The position numbers were made by a program, and so were the translations under genes. From a virus (lineage: Duplodnaviria; Caudoviricetes): a stretch of DNA of 44,636 nt. The notes below the pieces were generated by a model. The model saw only the letters and a program-made list of their open reading frames with translations. It was not told where the DNA came from and searched no databases. Shown piece after piece: positions 33,619-43,283 of the stretch (its first letter is position 1; every line of letters begins with the position of its first letter). The stretch is taken from positions 1 through 44,636 of the IMG/VR virus record IMGVR_UViG_3300030095_003343; one strand, given 5' to 3'.

Positions 33619-34149
33619 TCAGTGCAAAGCCCTTGCTATCTCGACCCATACCACTCCCGACTTGATAAGAGTTACATTGTCGTATGCGTCATCAATCACA
33701 ACAGTGCTAGTCGTAAGCTTTATACGATTCGACCCAGTCCCACTCTCCTTCAACGTAACATCAGTGTCGTCGCTGAATGCCATAAGAGTAATAACATCGC
33801 CATCATCACCGCCAATGATGTACTCCAAGTCTGTAGTGACAGATGGCTGCAATTTCACAAGACGATGGCCTGTGTAATGAATTGATTTCGCAGTAGTGTC
33901 AACCACCGCCGTTATCCCAGGGCCAAACCTTAATCCGGGTGAAAGTGGGAAATTTTCTGAATACGGTCGGAGTAGGAGAGACTCGCGCTTCGACGCAGGA
34001 GAAGCTGCCCCTTCGTTGGCACTCTCTGATGAGTTAACCGCAGATGAAATCTCAAGCAGGTATGTCTCAAGGTTTCTTCTAAACTGAGACTCTTCATCCT
34101 GCGAATAGTTATTCCCAGGCAAGCCAATGGGTCTGAAGTTTACGCCCAT
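33619..34149 (-). CDS. Virion structural protein, 176 aa
   Basis: LP..Y...EE.QFRR.LE N-terminus plus beta-rich C-terminal domain; directly after the tail hub gene. Confidence 0.6.
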   Translation of the reverse strand: MGVNFRPIGLPGNNYSQDEESQFRRNLETYLLEISSAVNSSESANEGAASPASKRESLLLRPYSENFPLSPGLRFGPGITAVVDTTAKSIHYTGHRLVKLQPSVTTDLEYIIGGDDGDVITLMAFSDDTDVTLKESGTGSNRIKLTTSTVVIDDAYDNVTLIKSGVVWVEIARALH

Positions 34150-36254
34150 CAGCGCATCCCATCCGGCTGAGTGTCAATCCTAACATCGCCTAGACGCCAC
34201 TGAGCAGTTGAGTTAGAACCTGAAACCTTGATAGCTGCGGCTCTAGCTCTTCCCCTTACCTGCATACTCTGCACATACGAATTCGAGTCACTCCCAGCAC
34301 CTACCGTGTACTGCCTAATAACAGTGGGGTTGGTTCCGGTGGGACCAGCGAAGTTGGCAGTTACTGAAGCTTTCTCCGAGGCGCTCTCGCCCGGATAGTA
34401 CTTGCCATTAATTGATATAGTTACAGCACTACTGCCAGAAGAATTAAACATCAAAAGATCAGGCATAATCCGGCTGTAGAAGGAAAGCTCATTCCCGTCG
34501 GATATCTCCACATCGCCACTCTCAACGAAAGACTGCAAAGCACTTCCTTGGGCAGCGGTGCCGAAGTCGTGCTTCATCACAGCAGTCTTCTGGACATTCG
34601 CCCCGGCTCTACTCCCAACATTCGATGGGTTGGAATCGTACTGATATATGTACGCTGCCATCGGAACGTCGGTGATGACCGCGTCCCTCCAAGCAGTCCT
34701 GTTGTAAACAGAAGACTGAAGAGCTGCGTCATTGTCTAAAGCGGACATGTCGAAGGAGCCGATAGTCCAAGTCTGATTTTCGTAGTTGAAGCAGACGAAA
34801 CGATTAGCCTCAAAGGATCCGTTAGTCGTCCCCGACTTGGACGGGTAGAACCAGAAGATCTCTGAGAACTTAGAATCAACCGCAGCAAAAGACTTGTTAG
34901 CCTGATCCATGTTTATGTCATCGTAGACATAATCCGCGACGGGGCATTCTAATGGCCGGACAGCACCACCGCCGTACACATAGAACCCGTCATTGCCCAT
35001 GAAAAAGACTGAACTGGCTGCATCAACAGCCGTCTTATGGGAGAGGATCTCTACATTCTGAGAGATCAACGAGAATGAGAAGACATCGGGAGGACCGATA
35101 AATCTCATCGAGTACACGGCAGCATCAGTGAAGATCACCACCTCATCCTTGGTGGAGACTGCACCGATGATCCGGCTTCCCACTCTCAAGACTTGACCAC
35201 CGGCAGTGTTGGTCGGAGTTGGCGTCCAGTCGAATGGGTTATTCTGATCAGACCACCGAACCAGCAAGGAATTTTGGTCAGTACCACCTATGTCGTTAGC
35301 GCCGAAGCCTACGCAGCTACCGTCTCTCTTGCTGATGAGAAAGCTGTCCACGATAGTGGGGGGATCAGATGCACCCGTGAAGTTCGACGAGTTAATCTCT
35401 TTGACAACATCACTAAGGCTGAACGTACCGCCGGAACCAGGGATGCCATTCACAGTACTGGCGCTGGTGTCCCAGTAGTAGAGCGGCCCTCCAGAGTTCG
35501 CGAAAATAATATCCTCGCCGTAGTTATCAATATAGACTCTCCTGGCCTCACCAGTCAGCACGGGGCTAGTCGAAGCCGCACCCCAAGCCCTTGACGGAGA
35601 GAGCCCACCCCAAGCGCCAGTGCCCCAGCCCATGCCTACCGTCTGGGCGTTTGAGCCAGACTCAGTTCTGTAGCGATAAGTAACCGCTCCCCCAAGTCCA
35701 GAAGCAGTTGCATCAGCAGCCGTAACTACCGCCCCTGTCGTCTGATTTACAATACGAATATAGAAGTTATTTAAATCTTCTATCTCCGTAATTTGAAATC
35801 CATCAACTTGAGTCAGGATTGCAGTAGTAATATTAGTATCAGCATTAGAGGCAACGCTTGTGAAGTTAATCCAGTCATCAACATTTCGACCATGACCAGT
35901 TATTGTCACCTTCAAAAACTCAGAGCCATTAGTTCTGGAAAATATATTCCCAGGAGAAAGACTAACGGCAGCGCTAAGTGCAGTGATGTCGTAAGGAACG
36001 CCACCGACAATGACGTAGTACTTCCAGTTCGTGCCGACAAAAACATAGTTGTTGCCTGAGTAGTCACGGGAGCTGAAACAATCCCTACCGATACCCTCAA
36101 GGGTATACATGTCATCCCTGGCCCAGCCGCCTATTGACTCTGCAAAGCCACCCCGGAAGCGGATGTTGTCGCAGTCATACCAGCGCGCACCAGCAGCATA
36201 CTCTGTCGAGTTCCGGCTAATCCCAGCAGGTATCTGGAGCTTAGTCAGGGTCAT
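34149..36254 (-). CDS. Tail hub / DNA stabilisation protein (P22 gp10-like, tubular protein B), 701 aa
   Basis: WYDCDNIRFRGG, VRWSDQ, TNTAGG, FSEIFWFYPS, RTAW, WRLGDVRIDTQPDGMR. Confidence 0.8.
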   Translation of the reverse strand: MTLTKLQIPAGISRNSTEYAAGARWYDCDNIRFRGGFAESIGGWARDDMYTLEGIGRDCFSSRDYSGNNYVFVGTNWKYYVIVGGVPYDITALSAAVSLSPGNIFSRTNGSEFLKVTITGHGRNVDDWINFTSVASNADTNITTAILTQVDGFQITEIEDLNNFYIRIVNQTTGAVVTAADATASGLGGAVTYRYRTESGSNAQTVGMGWGTGAWGGLSPSRAWGAASTSPVLTGEARRVYIDNYGEDIIFANSGGPLYYWDTSASTVNGIPGSGGTFSLSDVVKEINSSNFTGASDPPTIVDSFLISKRDGSCVGFGANDIGGTDQNSLLVRWSDQNNPFDWTPTPTNTAGGQVLRVGSRIIGAVSTKDEVVIFTDAAVYSMRFIGPPDVFSFSLISQNVEILSHKTAVDAASSVFFMGNDGFYVYGGGAVRPLECPVADYVYDDINMDQANKSFAAVDSKFSEIFWFYPSKSGTTNGSFEANRFVCFNYENQTWTIGSFDMSALDNDAALQSSVYNRTAWRDAVITDVPMAAYIYQYDSNPSNVGSRAGANVQKTAVMKHDFGTAAQGSALQSFVESGDVEISDGNELSFYSRIMPDLLMFNSSGSSAVTISINGKYYPGESASEKASVTANFAGPTGTNPTVIRQYTVGAGSDSNSYVQSMQVRGRARAAAIKVSGSNSTAQWRLGDVRIDTQPDGMR

Positions 36255-36255
36255 T

Positions 36256-37896
36256 CTATTTCCATGCCCTAGCTACAATTTCCCACTTGGAAGAATCTAT
36301 CTGAGTAATAGAGCCAGAGTCGTCAATAACAAACGGAGTCCCAGTACCGTGCTTATGGAAACCAATGTTGGTGCTGTCTGCATATCCCACAAGCGAAGGC
36401 CGAGTGCCGTTCCCTTGGTCTATTGAAAGCCCAAAAGGTATTTCTGCAAGTTCGGAAAACCCATCATCCGTTTGACCTGATTTTATTCTCAAGACAATCA
36501 TAAATAATCTGGGAACAGAACCAAGGCTGTGAGCCGCTTCTACTTTACCAGCGCCGGGAATTGTGGACGAAAGAACAACCTCAAAGTAAGACCCCTCACC
36601 ACTGACCATGCCGGTATGGTAAGGCTGTCCCCAGTCATCACTGTTGGTATTTTTTACGTTAAGGGTACCGCTGTTCTCCCTGATCCCGTGACCGCTCGAT
36701 CCGCTTGTTGTACCAAAGCTGGCGTAAGCACCCGCATCGCTTAGATGGAGTGCGTCACTTCCCCCTGTCCCTACGAGGACATTAAATCGTCCGTATCCCG
36801 GAGATGCAGCACCAACAGGAGTTCCATCGATAGTGCCGCCATTGATATCTACGCTGGAGAAGGTTGCGGTTGCGGAGAAGTTTGAAGTCGCACTGAAGTC
36901 GGAAGTGCCGTCTACGTCTAGTGTGCCAGTGACTTCAAGCTCTACGGGAACAATCACCTTAGGCGTGTTCGTGTCCATCGTGAGCATCTTTGTTCCACTG
37001 GAACTAGTCTCGTAAACCTCAAGGGCCGCAGCATCGTTTGTCTTCAGAACAATATCGGTGGCCTGAGTGGCCGCATTGACTTCTGCCGTGTCAATGTCAA
37101 GAGTCTGGCCGACAATTACCTTCTCATTGCTCGTATCAATAGTAATAAAATCATCAGAACTCTGAGAAACCTGAAGAGCTGTAGTTGAACCATTCGTAAC
37201 TTCAATCTTGGTGCTTTGGAGGGAAGCATCAACAGTGGCTGCCTGAATCTCTACTGTGTTTACCCCGCTACCGGGAGCCACTTCAAGATGGTTATTTGAG
37301 GTATCGAAGCGAAGAAACTCGCTGTTACTAGCAGTGCTTTTGATTTCAAGAGCCGTCGCAGAGGAGTTAACGAGCGTGATGTCAGCAGCAGCAGGGAATA
37401 GGAGATCATCAATCTGGAGCTTGGATAGAGCATTCCTAGCGTGAGTACCGTCTGTGTAAACTAACGCATGACAACCGTTAGCTATAGTTACTATGTTGGT
37501 ATCATCTGTCGAATTAGAATTCAGCTTCAGGTCACGGCTATCACTGAGGCTGTTCTTTACAAGGAAGATTCTGTTTGGGTAGATAGAGGAGTCATTCCCT
37601 CTAACCCTGACAATTACCCCGCTTGCTCCTACATCACTTCCGCTAGTGAACTCAACGAACCCAGCTCTACCCTGAGATAGAGCAGCGCCCGCATCCGCAG
37701 TATCAGACGTAAGCCAAGTAGCAGTAGACGGAGAGCCAGCCGAATAACCGCTAATGCTAGTTACAGCAATACTTACGGACTCACCGAGAGCCTGCTCAAT
37801 TCTCTCAAGGTTTTGGTTTGTGGACGTGCCCCAAGTACCAGCCTCTTCGCCAGTGCCAATAAGCTTGATCTGATAGTTACTAGAGAAAGTCGGCAT
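36256..37896 (-). CDS. Tail fibre-like protein, 546 aa
   Basis: N-terminal LIGTGEEAGTWGTSTNQNL; three internal ..AL(E/Q)....DT(S/N) repeats; INGGTIDGTPVG; T/S/G-rich. Confidence 0.75.
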   Translation of the reverse strand: MPTFSSNYQIKLIGTGEEAGTWGTSTNQNLERIEQALGESVSIAVTSISGYSAGSPSTATWLTSDTADAGAALSQGRAGFVEFTSGSDVGASGVIVRVRGNDSSIYPNRIFLVKNSLSDSRDLKLNSNSTDDTNIVTIANGCHALVYTDGTHARNALSKLQIDDLLFPAAADITLVNSSATALEIKSTASNSEFLRFDTSNNHLEVAPGSGVNTVEIQAATVDASLQSTKIEVTNGSTTALQVSQSSDDFITIDTSNEKVIVGQTLDIDTAEVNAATQATDIVLKTNDAAALEVYETSSSGTKMLTMDTNTPKVIVPVELEVTGTLDVDGTSDFSATSNFSATATFSSVDINGGTIDGTPVGAASPGYGRFNVLVGTGGSDALHLSDAGAYASFGTTSGSSGHGIRENSGTLNVKNTNSDDWGQPYHTGMVSGEGSYFEVVLSSTIPGAGKVEAAHSLGSVPRLFMIVLRIKSGQTDDGFSELAEIPFGLSIDQGNGTRPSLVGYADSTNIGFHKHGTGTPFVIDDSGSITQIDSSKWEIVARAWK

Positions 37897-37899
37897 TGT

Positions 37900-38634
37900 T
37901 TAGCCCTGCGGAACCGGAGGAGCCGCAATGGGCCTCGGTCGGTAGTCGTCTTGATTAAGTCTGTTCTCAGACAAGTTTTTAAGCAGCATCACGCCATCCA
38001 TGAACTGCTTCTCGTACCACTGGATCATATCAGCCGAACCCTTCATGTAGGTGTACGCCTGAACCAGAGATCCGTACAGAAGTACATCGGGGAACATTAC
38101 CGAAAGCCACGTTCCCGCAGTCGTGGTCACCAGAGAATCGGAGGCAGTCTTACCGTAATAAGTAATCGTCATCTGATGATTTGCAGCACCTGGGATCGGA
38201 CCCAGTCTAATGTCCAGGGTTGGCTCAGAAGAACTAACTTTGGCATCCGAAACTGCATAGTACTTAGGAACACCAGAGGTGATTGCAGTGTTGCTGCCAG
38301 GGTATGCCTCTAGCATGAAGTCGTAGTCTTTCTGCAAGAGATACCTTACAGGGCCAAACTCAACTCCCGGTGCGGACTGGGCGGCGACTACATTCTCAGT
38401 GATGCGAATAGACAAGACATCAATAACACCATCTTGAACTTGATACTCAGCCTGATCCTGAACCGTCATCAAGGAGTCTTGACTCTTCCATTTAGAAGGA
38501 AGATCCACAGCAGAAAAGATCTTGTCTTCTGCCGAGATGATAAAGTTCGGGATATTAGAGACGAAGCTTGCCTCTAAGTTCTGACAGTACTGCTGAATTG
38601 CAGTACTCATCTCTGAGTACGTTTTAAGCGCCAT
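37900..38634 (-). CDS. Head-tail adaptor / tail tubular protein A-like, 244 aa
   Basis: TYSEM..AIQQY, FI..AE..I, GVPKYYA, LGPIP, TWLS..FPDVLLYGSLVQAY.YMKG. Confidence 0.75.
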   Translation of the reverse strand: MALKTYSEMSTAIQQYCQNLEASFVSNIPNFIISAEDKIFSAVDLPSKWKSQDSLMTVQDQAEYQVQDGVIDVLSIRITENVVAAQSAPGVEFGPVRYLLQKDYDFMLEAYPGSNTAITSGVPKYYAVSDAKVSSSEPTLDIRLGPIPGAANHQMTITYYGKTASDSLVTTTAGTWLSVMFPDVLLYGSLVQAYTYMKGSADMIQWYEKQFMDGVMLLKNLSENRLNQDDYRPRPIAAPPVPQG

Positions 38635-38858
38635 TACTTATTACTGCCGCCAACCGTGTAGTGGTGAGTTCCGCGAGTAGCAGCACCCGTCCCTCGGGTC
38701 TTCATCCGCTCAGGGCGACCGCCAGATTTGCTAACAAGCCCACCGACCTGATACCGCTGCATGTTCTCGACTTGCTGACCAGTCTTTTCAGCGTGAGCCT
38801 CAGCTTCCTTGAGGCCCTCAGGCGTATATGCAAAATGCTTCTTTCCTACTTTCGGCAT
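38634..38858 (-). CDS. Small basic late protein, 74 aa
   Basis: MPKVGKKHFAYT.EG, YQVGGLV, RGTGAATRG. Confidence 0.7.
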   Translation of the reverse strand: MPKVGKKHFAYTPEGLKEAEAHAEKTGQQVENMQRYQVGGLVSKSGGRPERMKTRGTGAATRGTHHYTVGGSNK

Positions 38859-38867
38859 GTTGTTCTC

Positions 38868-40064
38868 CTATAGGTCTGGGTTGTGAAATGCAACTACTTC
38901 GATGTAGTCAATGTCAATATCGCCAGCGTCGTAGTCTGGACCAGTGTCCGCTGCGTTGCGGGCGTCAAAATAATCAAGCCGAAGGCCGGTAATAGTTCCC
39001 GACCACTGCGGGTTATCGGTCATATCCCAAACCACTTTGAACCAACCAGCCATGTCCCGATTGACAGTTTGGAACCCGTCGGAGGCTTGATAATTTGGGA
39101 TATACGGTGACGTGTCTGCGGAATGAAACTCTCTTGCCCCCCCAGTCCAAGGATAGCTAGGACCGACAGTGGGAGACCCGGAAAGAAGCTGGCTCGAACC
39201 AGCCCCATCTAAAGTCACACCAGATATCTCCAAACCAGAAATTGTGAAACTCGTAGAGCTGGCGGCAGTTACCGTCCAGTTTTCTCGCGAGCCATCTGCA
39301 CTCGTAGGGGGAAGACCGTTCAAATCTGACAGATCATAAGCCCCACCGCCGAACTGAGGGTAAGAACCAGAAAGTCCGTTTAGCTGAACCCTGTCTCCCA
39401 CCGAAGGGCCTGTACCCGCTGTCACTGAAAAAGATCCATTGCCGGAGCGATCAATAGCAATGTATTCAATCGCAACTCTTCCGATCATTGTCGTATCCTT
39501 GCTCCAAAAAAGATCTCCTTGGAAGTCGTACTCGTACCTATCGTCCCGCTCAATATCCGAGAAGCGATTTACCTTGAAGACGCTAACCACATACTTGTAA
39601 ACGGACGAATCTATCGAAAGCGGCGTATTCGCCACCGAGGCTCCGTTATAACCTTGGTTCAACCAAGGATCACCGGGACTGCCCGCGTCTCCATCCGAAA
39701 CAAGATTCAGAGTTTCAGAAGAAGAGTTCCACGTAATAATGCCGCCTGTGGACCACCACCCATCAATGCGCGTCGGACTGGTGAGAGCCGTGCCAGTCGA
39801 AAAGTCCCACCTGATCGCTGCCGGGAGATCTCTACCTGAAATTGCCCCAACGGGGCGAGGGTTACGCAGAGCCTGCGGGTCATCGAAACTATAGCGACCT
39901 AGCTGAGTCTGAGGATTGTCTGGACTCCAACACTCTGGGCACGCCCTAGTGTCAGTCTGCTCTAGATTAATCACTTCCGTCTTCAGCTCATGCAATGGAT
40001 AACGGAATCCGCATATGTCGCAGAATCCGAATGCATGTTTACCTGAAGCGAAAGGTTTACCCAT
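38868..40064 (-). CDS. Zn-finger late protein fused to beta-sandwich domains, 398 aa
   Basis: ASGKHAFGFCDICGFRY...CPECW..PQ...DPQALRNPRP then about 300 aa beta-rich extension ending WSGTITGLRLD...DIDYIEV. Confidence 0.75.
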   Translation of the reverse strand: MGKPFASGKHAFGFCDICGFRYPLHELKTEVINLEQTDTRACPECWSPDNPQTQLGRYSFDDPQALRNPRPVGAISGRDLPAAIRWDFSTGTALTSPTRIDGWWSTGGIITWNSSSETLNLVSDGDAGSPGDPWLNQGYNGASVANTPLSIDSSVYKYVVSVFKVNRFSDIERDDRYEYDFQGDLFWSKDTTMIGRVAIEYIAIDRSGNGSFSVTAGTGPSVGDRVQLNGLSGSYPQFGGGAYDLSDLNGLPPTSADGSRENWTVTAASSTSFTISGLEISGVTLDGAGSSQLLSGSPTVGPSYPWTGGAREFHSADTSPYIPNYQASDGFQTVNRDMAGWFKVVWDMTDNPQWSGTITGLRLDYFDARNAADTGPDYDAGDIDIDYIEVVAFHNPDL

Positions 40065-40795
40065 CAGTAATTAAGCATGTCCGGTACGAATCGCGCGGAA
40101 ACTTTGACTCGATCCTCATCAGCAGCCTCCTTAAATAGCTCTTCATACTGAGCCTTCAGGAGTTGCACCCGTGAAGCAGCCTCTGGTTTTTTTGTCGCGA
40201 GGTGATAGGCAAGCCCAGAAACAAGGCAGGGCAAAAACCGATCCGGTACGTCCATTGTATTGGATGCATCATTGCCAGTATCCGCGATACGACGAATCCG
40301 GTAATAATAAATCTTGTAAGTAGAAGTCTTGTCAGGGGTAGGCCACAACGTGATTGTTGACTTCTGGTCTGCGCCCGTAGTCGGGTTGTAATCCTGAATG
40401 CCGACTCGATTGTAAAGATACTGAAGAGGTTGACCCTCACTGAGTTTGTTAGGGATATTTGAGTATGAAGGCTGGGAGATGCGACTTAAATGAAAGTCCG
40501 TTTGCTTGTTTGCGTTTGTGTCATCAGTCCGAAGCATCACGTCGAGCAACGCCATCGTATCGATATCAATATCGTAAGTCGAAGTTCCCTTGATTAAATC
40601 AATCGGGGTTGAGTAAAGCTCAACAGTCCAAAGGTTGATCCCTCTGTTCTGCCATTCCAGCATCAAGAAGTTCAGACTTCGACGAGCAGTGCGAAGGTCG
40701 TACCCAGTACGCATTTCAAGACCAGCACGCTCGTATGCTTCTTCGACAATCTCCCCTACATCAGGATTGAATGCATAAGTCCCACTAGTTGCCAC
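40064..40795 (-). CDS. Head-tail connector/adaptor protein
   Basis: ATSGT..F, IVEEAYERAG, ARRSLN...WQNRGINLW, LWPTPD, RFLPCLVSGLAY; GTG 40795 follows GGAGG. Confidence 0.78.
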   Translation of the reverse strand: MATSGTYAFNPDVGEIVEEAYERAGLEMRTGYDLRTARRSLNFLMLEWQNRGINLWTVELYSTPIDLIKGTSTYDIDIDTMALLDVMLRTDDTNANKQTDFHLSRISQPSYSNIPNKLSEGQPLQYLYNRVGIQDYNPTTGADQKSTITLWPTPDKTSTYKIYYYRIRRIADTGNDASNTMDVPDRFLPCLVSGLAYHLATKKPEAASRVQLLKAQYEELFKEAADEDRVKVSARFVPDMLNY

Positions 40796-41069
40796 GGATG
40801 GCCTCCAGAATTTCTTTACTGGCATCTGCTTGATGCCTAGATATATCTTTAATTTCTGATCTCATCTCATCCAGCAAGCGAGTGTGGTGATTCACTTCTG
40901 TCGCTACGCGCTCAAGCTTCAACTCAGCCCTGGATAGGTCTTCTCGACCAGCAAGACTGTCGTGTCCATTATCGTTTGCGTGACCCGTCTGCATTGAAAA
41001 AAGTCCTCCGAGTGCTGTGACTATGAAGCCAATCAAAGCCCAGAAGGTGGTTGGGGTCACGGAAGGCAT
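40785..41069 (-). CDS. Membrane-anchored coiled-coil protein, 94 aa
   Basis: N-terminal TM FWALIGFIVTALGGLF followed by coiled coil. Confidence 0.65.
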   Translation of the reverse strand: MPSVTPTTFWALIGFIVTALGGLFSMQTGHANDNGHDSLAGREDLSRAELKLERVATEVNHHTRLLDEMRSEIKDISRHQADASKEILEAIRGN

Positions 41070-41467
41070 TATGCGTTTGCTCCGCCTATGTAAAATAAAG
41101 AAAACGAATAGGTATGATCTTTTGCAGTGGACGCGGTATCAGGAGCCTTGTCGTCTTTACCTATGTATATGCCATCGGGGAATAAGATCCCGTTACCCCC
41201 AATGGGAAAATTAAACTGAATCATGGAATTAGCAACGGTGCTAGCGAACGGAGAGAACTTAAAGAGAACATCGTTTTCATCGCTGCTCCCGCAAAGGTAA
41301 TAGCACCTATTATCCACGGCGAGTTGACTAGAGGAATTTCCTATAACGAAAGAGCAAGAGACATAAATTAAAGAACACCTTCCATTTACTGCTAGTTGAG
41401 GGCTTGACCCAGCAGTGGGAAAGGAAGTTGGATTATTGGAATAATAAACATTGCATCGTTCAAGCAT
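41069..41467 (-). CDS. Small beta-rich virion protein, paralog 5 of tandem array
   Basis: FPIGGNGILFPDGIY...FSLFY. Confidence 0.7.
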   Translation of the reverse strand: MLERCNVYYSNNPTSFPTAGSSPQLAVNGRCSLIYVSCSFVIGNSSSQLAVDNRCYYLCGSSDENDVLFKFSPFASTVANSMIQFNFPIGGNGILFPDGIYIGKDDKAPDTASTAKDHTYSFSLFYIGGANA

Positions 41468-41484
41468 AATTTATCGCCATCAGC

Positions 41485-41898
41485 CTAAGTTTGGTACACC
41501 AAATTCAGAGTAAGCCGCATTCCGCCACTCGCCGGAGCAGGAGCCAACGCATTCACCTTTAGTCCGTTGGAAAAAATCAAACCCCTGCCGGGTATTTGGA
41601 AAAACATCGAGTCGGGAACAGGGCTTGCTGAACTAAGACCAGCGATTGTCTGACTCCGAGTGGGGACGAAGCCAAATACAACATTGTCATCTGAATCAGT
41701 AAGGTGAATCCTGGGGACATTCGCGATAGGTCCGGCAGCAATAGTAGTCGAGAGACCAACGGTGAAGTTAAACGAACTGAAGATTGAAGAAAGCACAACC
41801 CTCTGACCGGAAGTAGCCACAACCTCAGTAGCGTCCATAGCGCCTGATGTCGTGGAAAATTCATGGGTGAAAGAATTGCAATTTCTAATTTTGATCAT
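41485..41898 (-). CDS. Small beta-rich virion protein, paralog 4
   Basis: IPGRGLIFSNGL...LNLVYQ. Confidence 0.7.
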   Translation of the reverse strand: MIKIRNCNSFTHEFSTTSGAMDATEVVATSGQRVVLSSIFSSFNFTVGLSTTIAAGPIANVPRIHLTDSDDNVVFGFVPTRSQTIAGLSSASPVPDSMFFQIPGRGLIFSNGLKVNALAPAPASGGMRLTLNLVYQT

Positions 41899-42278
41899 TT
41901 GTAAAAAACCGTAAATGAAGAGTAAGCCACAGTTGTTGATGATCTAAAAAAAATGTTCAATCCTTCAGTAACTCTTATGCAAGAATCTTCTTCCATAAAA
42001 GAAGAGTAAGGGACTAGGATATTAACTCCCCCGGCACCGAGCGTTGGTCCCATAGCATCAAAAGCCATAATGGCACTGCCAGAGCCACCATCGTAAAACT
42101 CCTGATAGAGAGAGTCTGAGCTTACGCTGTGGTTACCTCTCGTTACACCCACTATGCCGTAAAGAGAAATCGACTTGGGAAGTCCGTAGGTTGCTCCCGA
42201 AATATCAATGAACGAATTAGTAGAAGGTCCATCAAGAGCAATCACTTTGGTTTGGATGTAGGCGGGAGATTGAGACAT
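41895..42278 (-). CDS. Small beta-rich virion protein, paralog 3
   Basis: FYDGGSG...SCIRVTEGL...FTVFYK. Confidence 0.65.
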   Translation of the reverse strand: MSQSPAYIQTKVIALDGPSTNSFIDISGATYGLPKSISLYGIVGVTRGNHSVSSDSLYQEFYDGGSGSAIMAFDAMGPTLGAGGVNILVPYSSFMEEDSCIRVTEGLNIFFRSSTTVAYSSFTVFYK

Positions 42279-42280
42279 AA

Positions 42281-42655
42281 CTAACTACCCTGATAAACAA
42301 TAGAGGCAAAGCAAATACCGACACCCGTAGCCTGAACATAGATATCATTGCAATCCACAAGGATTCCTCCCGGTGAAAAACTTTCGACAGTGCAGTTTGT
42401 GAAATTAGCGTAACTCTGGTAGGAACCGGAAACGATTCTTTTTTGATAAAAACTTTGCCCTGATGCACTCGGATCAGAATCGTAAAGTGTAATTTTGCAC
42501 TCATCTATCGCGGTCTTGCTGCAAGAAGCCGGGATAAAATAAACAGAGAATATCTTGATTAGACTTTTTCCATTCATATCTAAAAGCTTCAACGCAGCAG
42601 TCTTATTCGCGTCTGCAATATTTAGATGAGCATTTGAAACGTAAGAGCTTTCCAT
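42281..42655 (-). CDS. Small beta-rich virion protein, paralog 2
   Basis: ITLYD...FSPGGILVDCNDIY...SIVYQG. Confidence 0.65.
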   Translation of the reverse strand: MESSYVSNAHLNIADANKTAALKLLDMNGKSLIKIFSVYFIPASCSKTAIDECKITLYDSDPSASGQSFYQKRIVSGSYQSYANFTNCTVESFSPGGILVDCNDIYVQATGVGICFASIVYQGS

Positions 42656-42657
42656 AG

Positions 42658-43038
42658 TTAACCTTGGTACATCACGGAGATGCTCTCTATTTTAAAAGGC
42701 TGCGCAACTGATGAATTCGCTATGCTTAAAGCAAGAGAGTTGAGAATTCTAATTCCATTCGATGGGAATTTAAAACCAAGATTAGAGATGATGGAACCGT
42801 AGGTGCCCTGATGGGCGATGGTCGAATCCGCACCGTCATAAATTCTTATAATTTCATCAGTACCATCAAACATCTTTACTGTGAAAGAATTGTTTGCATT
42901 ATCGTAATCTTGATCAGAAACATTCAAGTAAAAAGACTTAAGCACTATCGGCCTGTTGATGACGTTTACAATTCCATCGCCAGCTTCTATTTCAGAATCG
43001 CTGTAGAAATTAATTATCGGAGTAGGATAAACACTCAA
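42658..43038 (-). CDS. Small beta-rich virion protein, paralog 1
   Basis: VKMFDG...FPSNGIRILNSL...ISVMYQG. Confidence 0.7.
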   Translation of the reverse strand: MSVYPTPIINFYSDSEIEAGDGIVNVINRPIVLKSFYLNVSDQDYDNANNSFTVKMFDGTDEIIRIYDGADSTIAHQGTYGSIISNLGFKFPSNGIRILNSLALSIANSSVAQPFKIESISVMYQG

Positions 43039-43280
43039 CTAAACGCCCTCCATAATTCCCATATCCCTGCCCCACCGATCCAGAACGCCATATCTTTTCT
43101 CGTGTCCGCCACTCGCTCAACAGGCCACTGCAACCAGAACTCTCGAACATAGAGCGCCACCATAGACAGGTAGGCTCCTCCGATAGCAGATAAGACTAGG
43201 CCGCAGACCAGATGTGCTGTCTGATCTACGGCCTCTTGTCCTTGGGGAGTGAGATCCCTGTACCATCGGGGGTCGTTCAA
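43035..43280 (-). CDS. Small hydrophobic protein, 81 aa
   Basis: DQTAHLVCG..TM..REF...D...W pattern; overlaps the downstream gene. Confidence 0.6.
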   Translation of the reverse strand: MNDPRWYRDLTPQGQEAVDQTAHLVCGLVLSAIGGAYLSMVALYVREFWLQWPVERVADTRKDMAFWIGGAGIWELWRAFS

Positions 43281-43283
43281 GGA

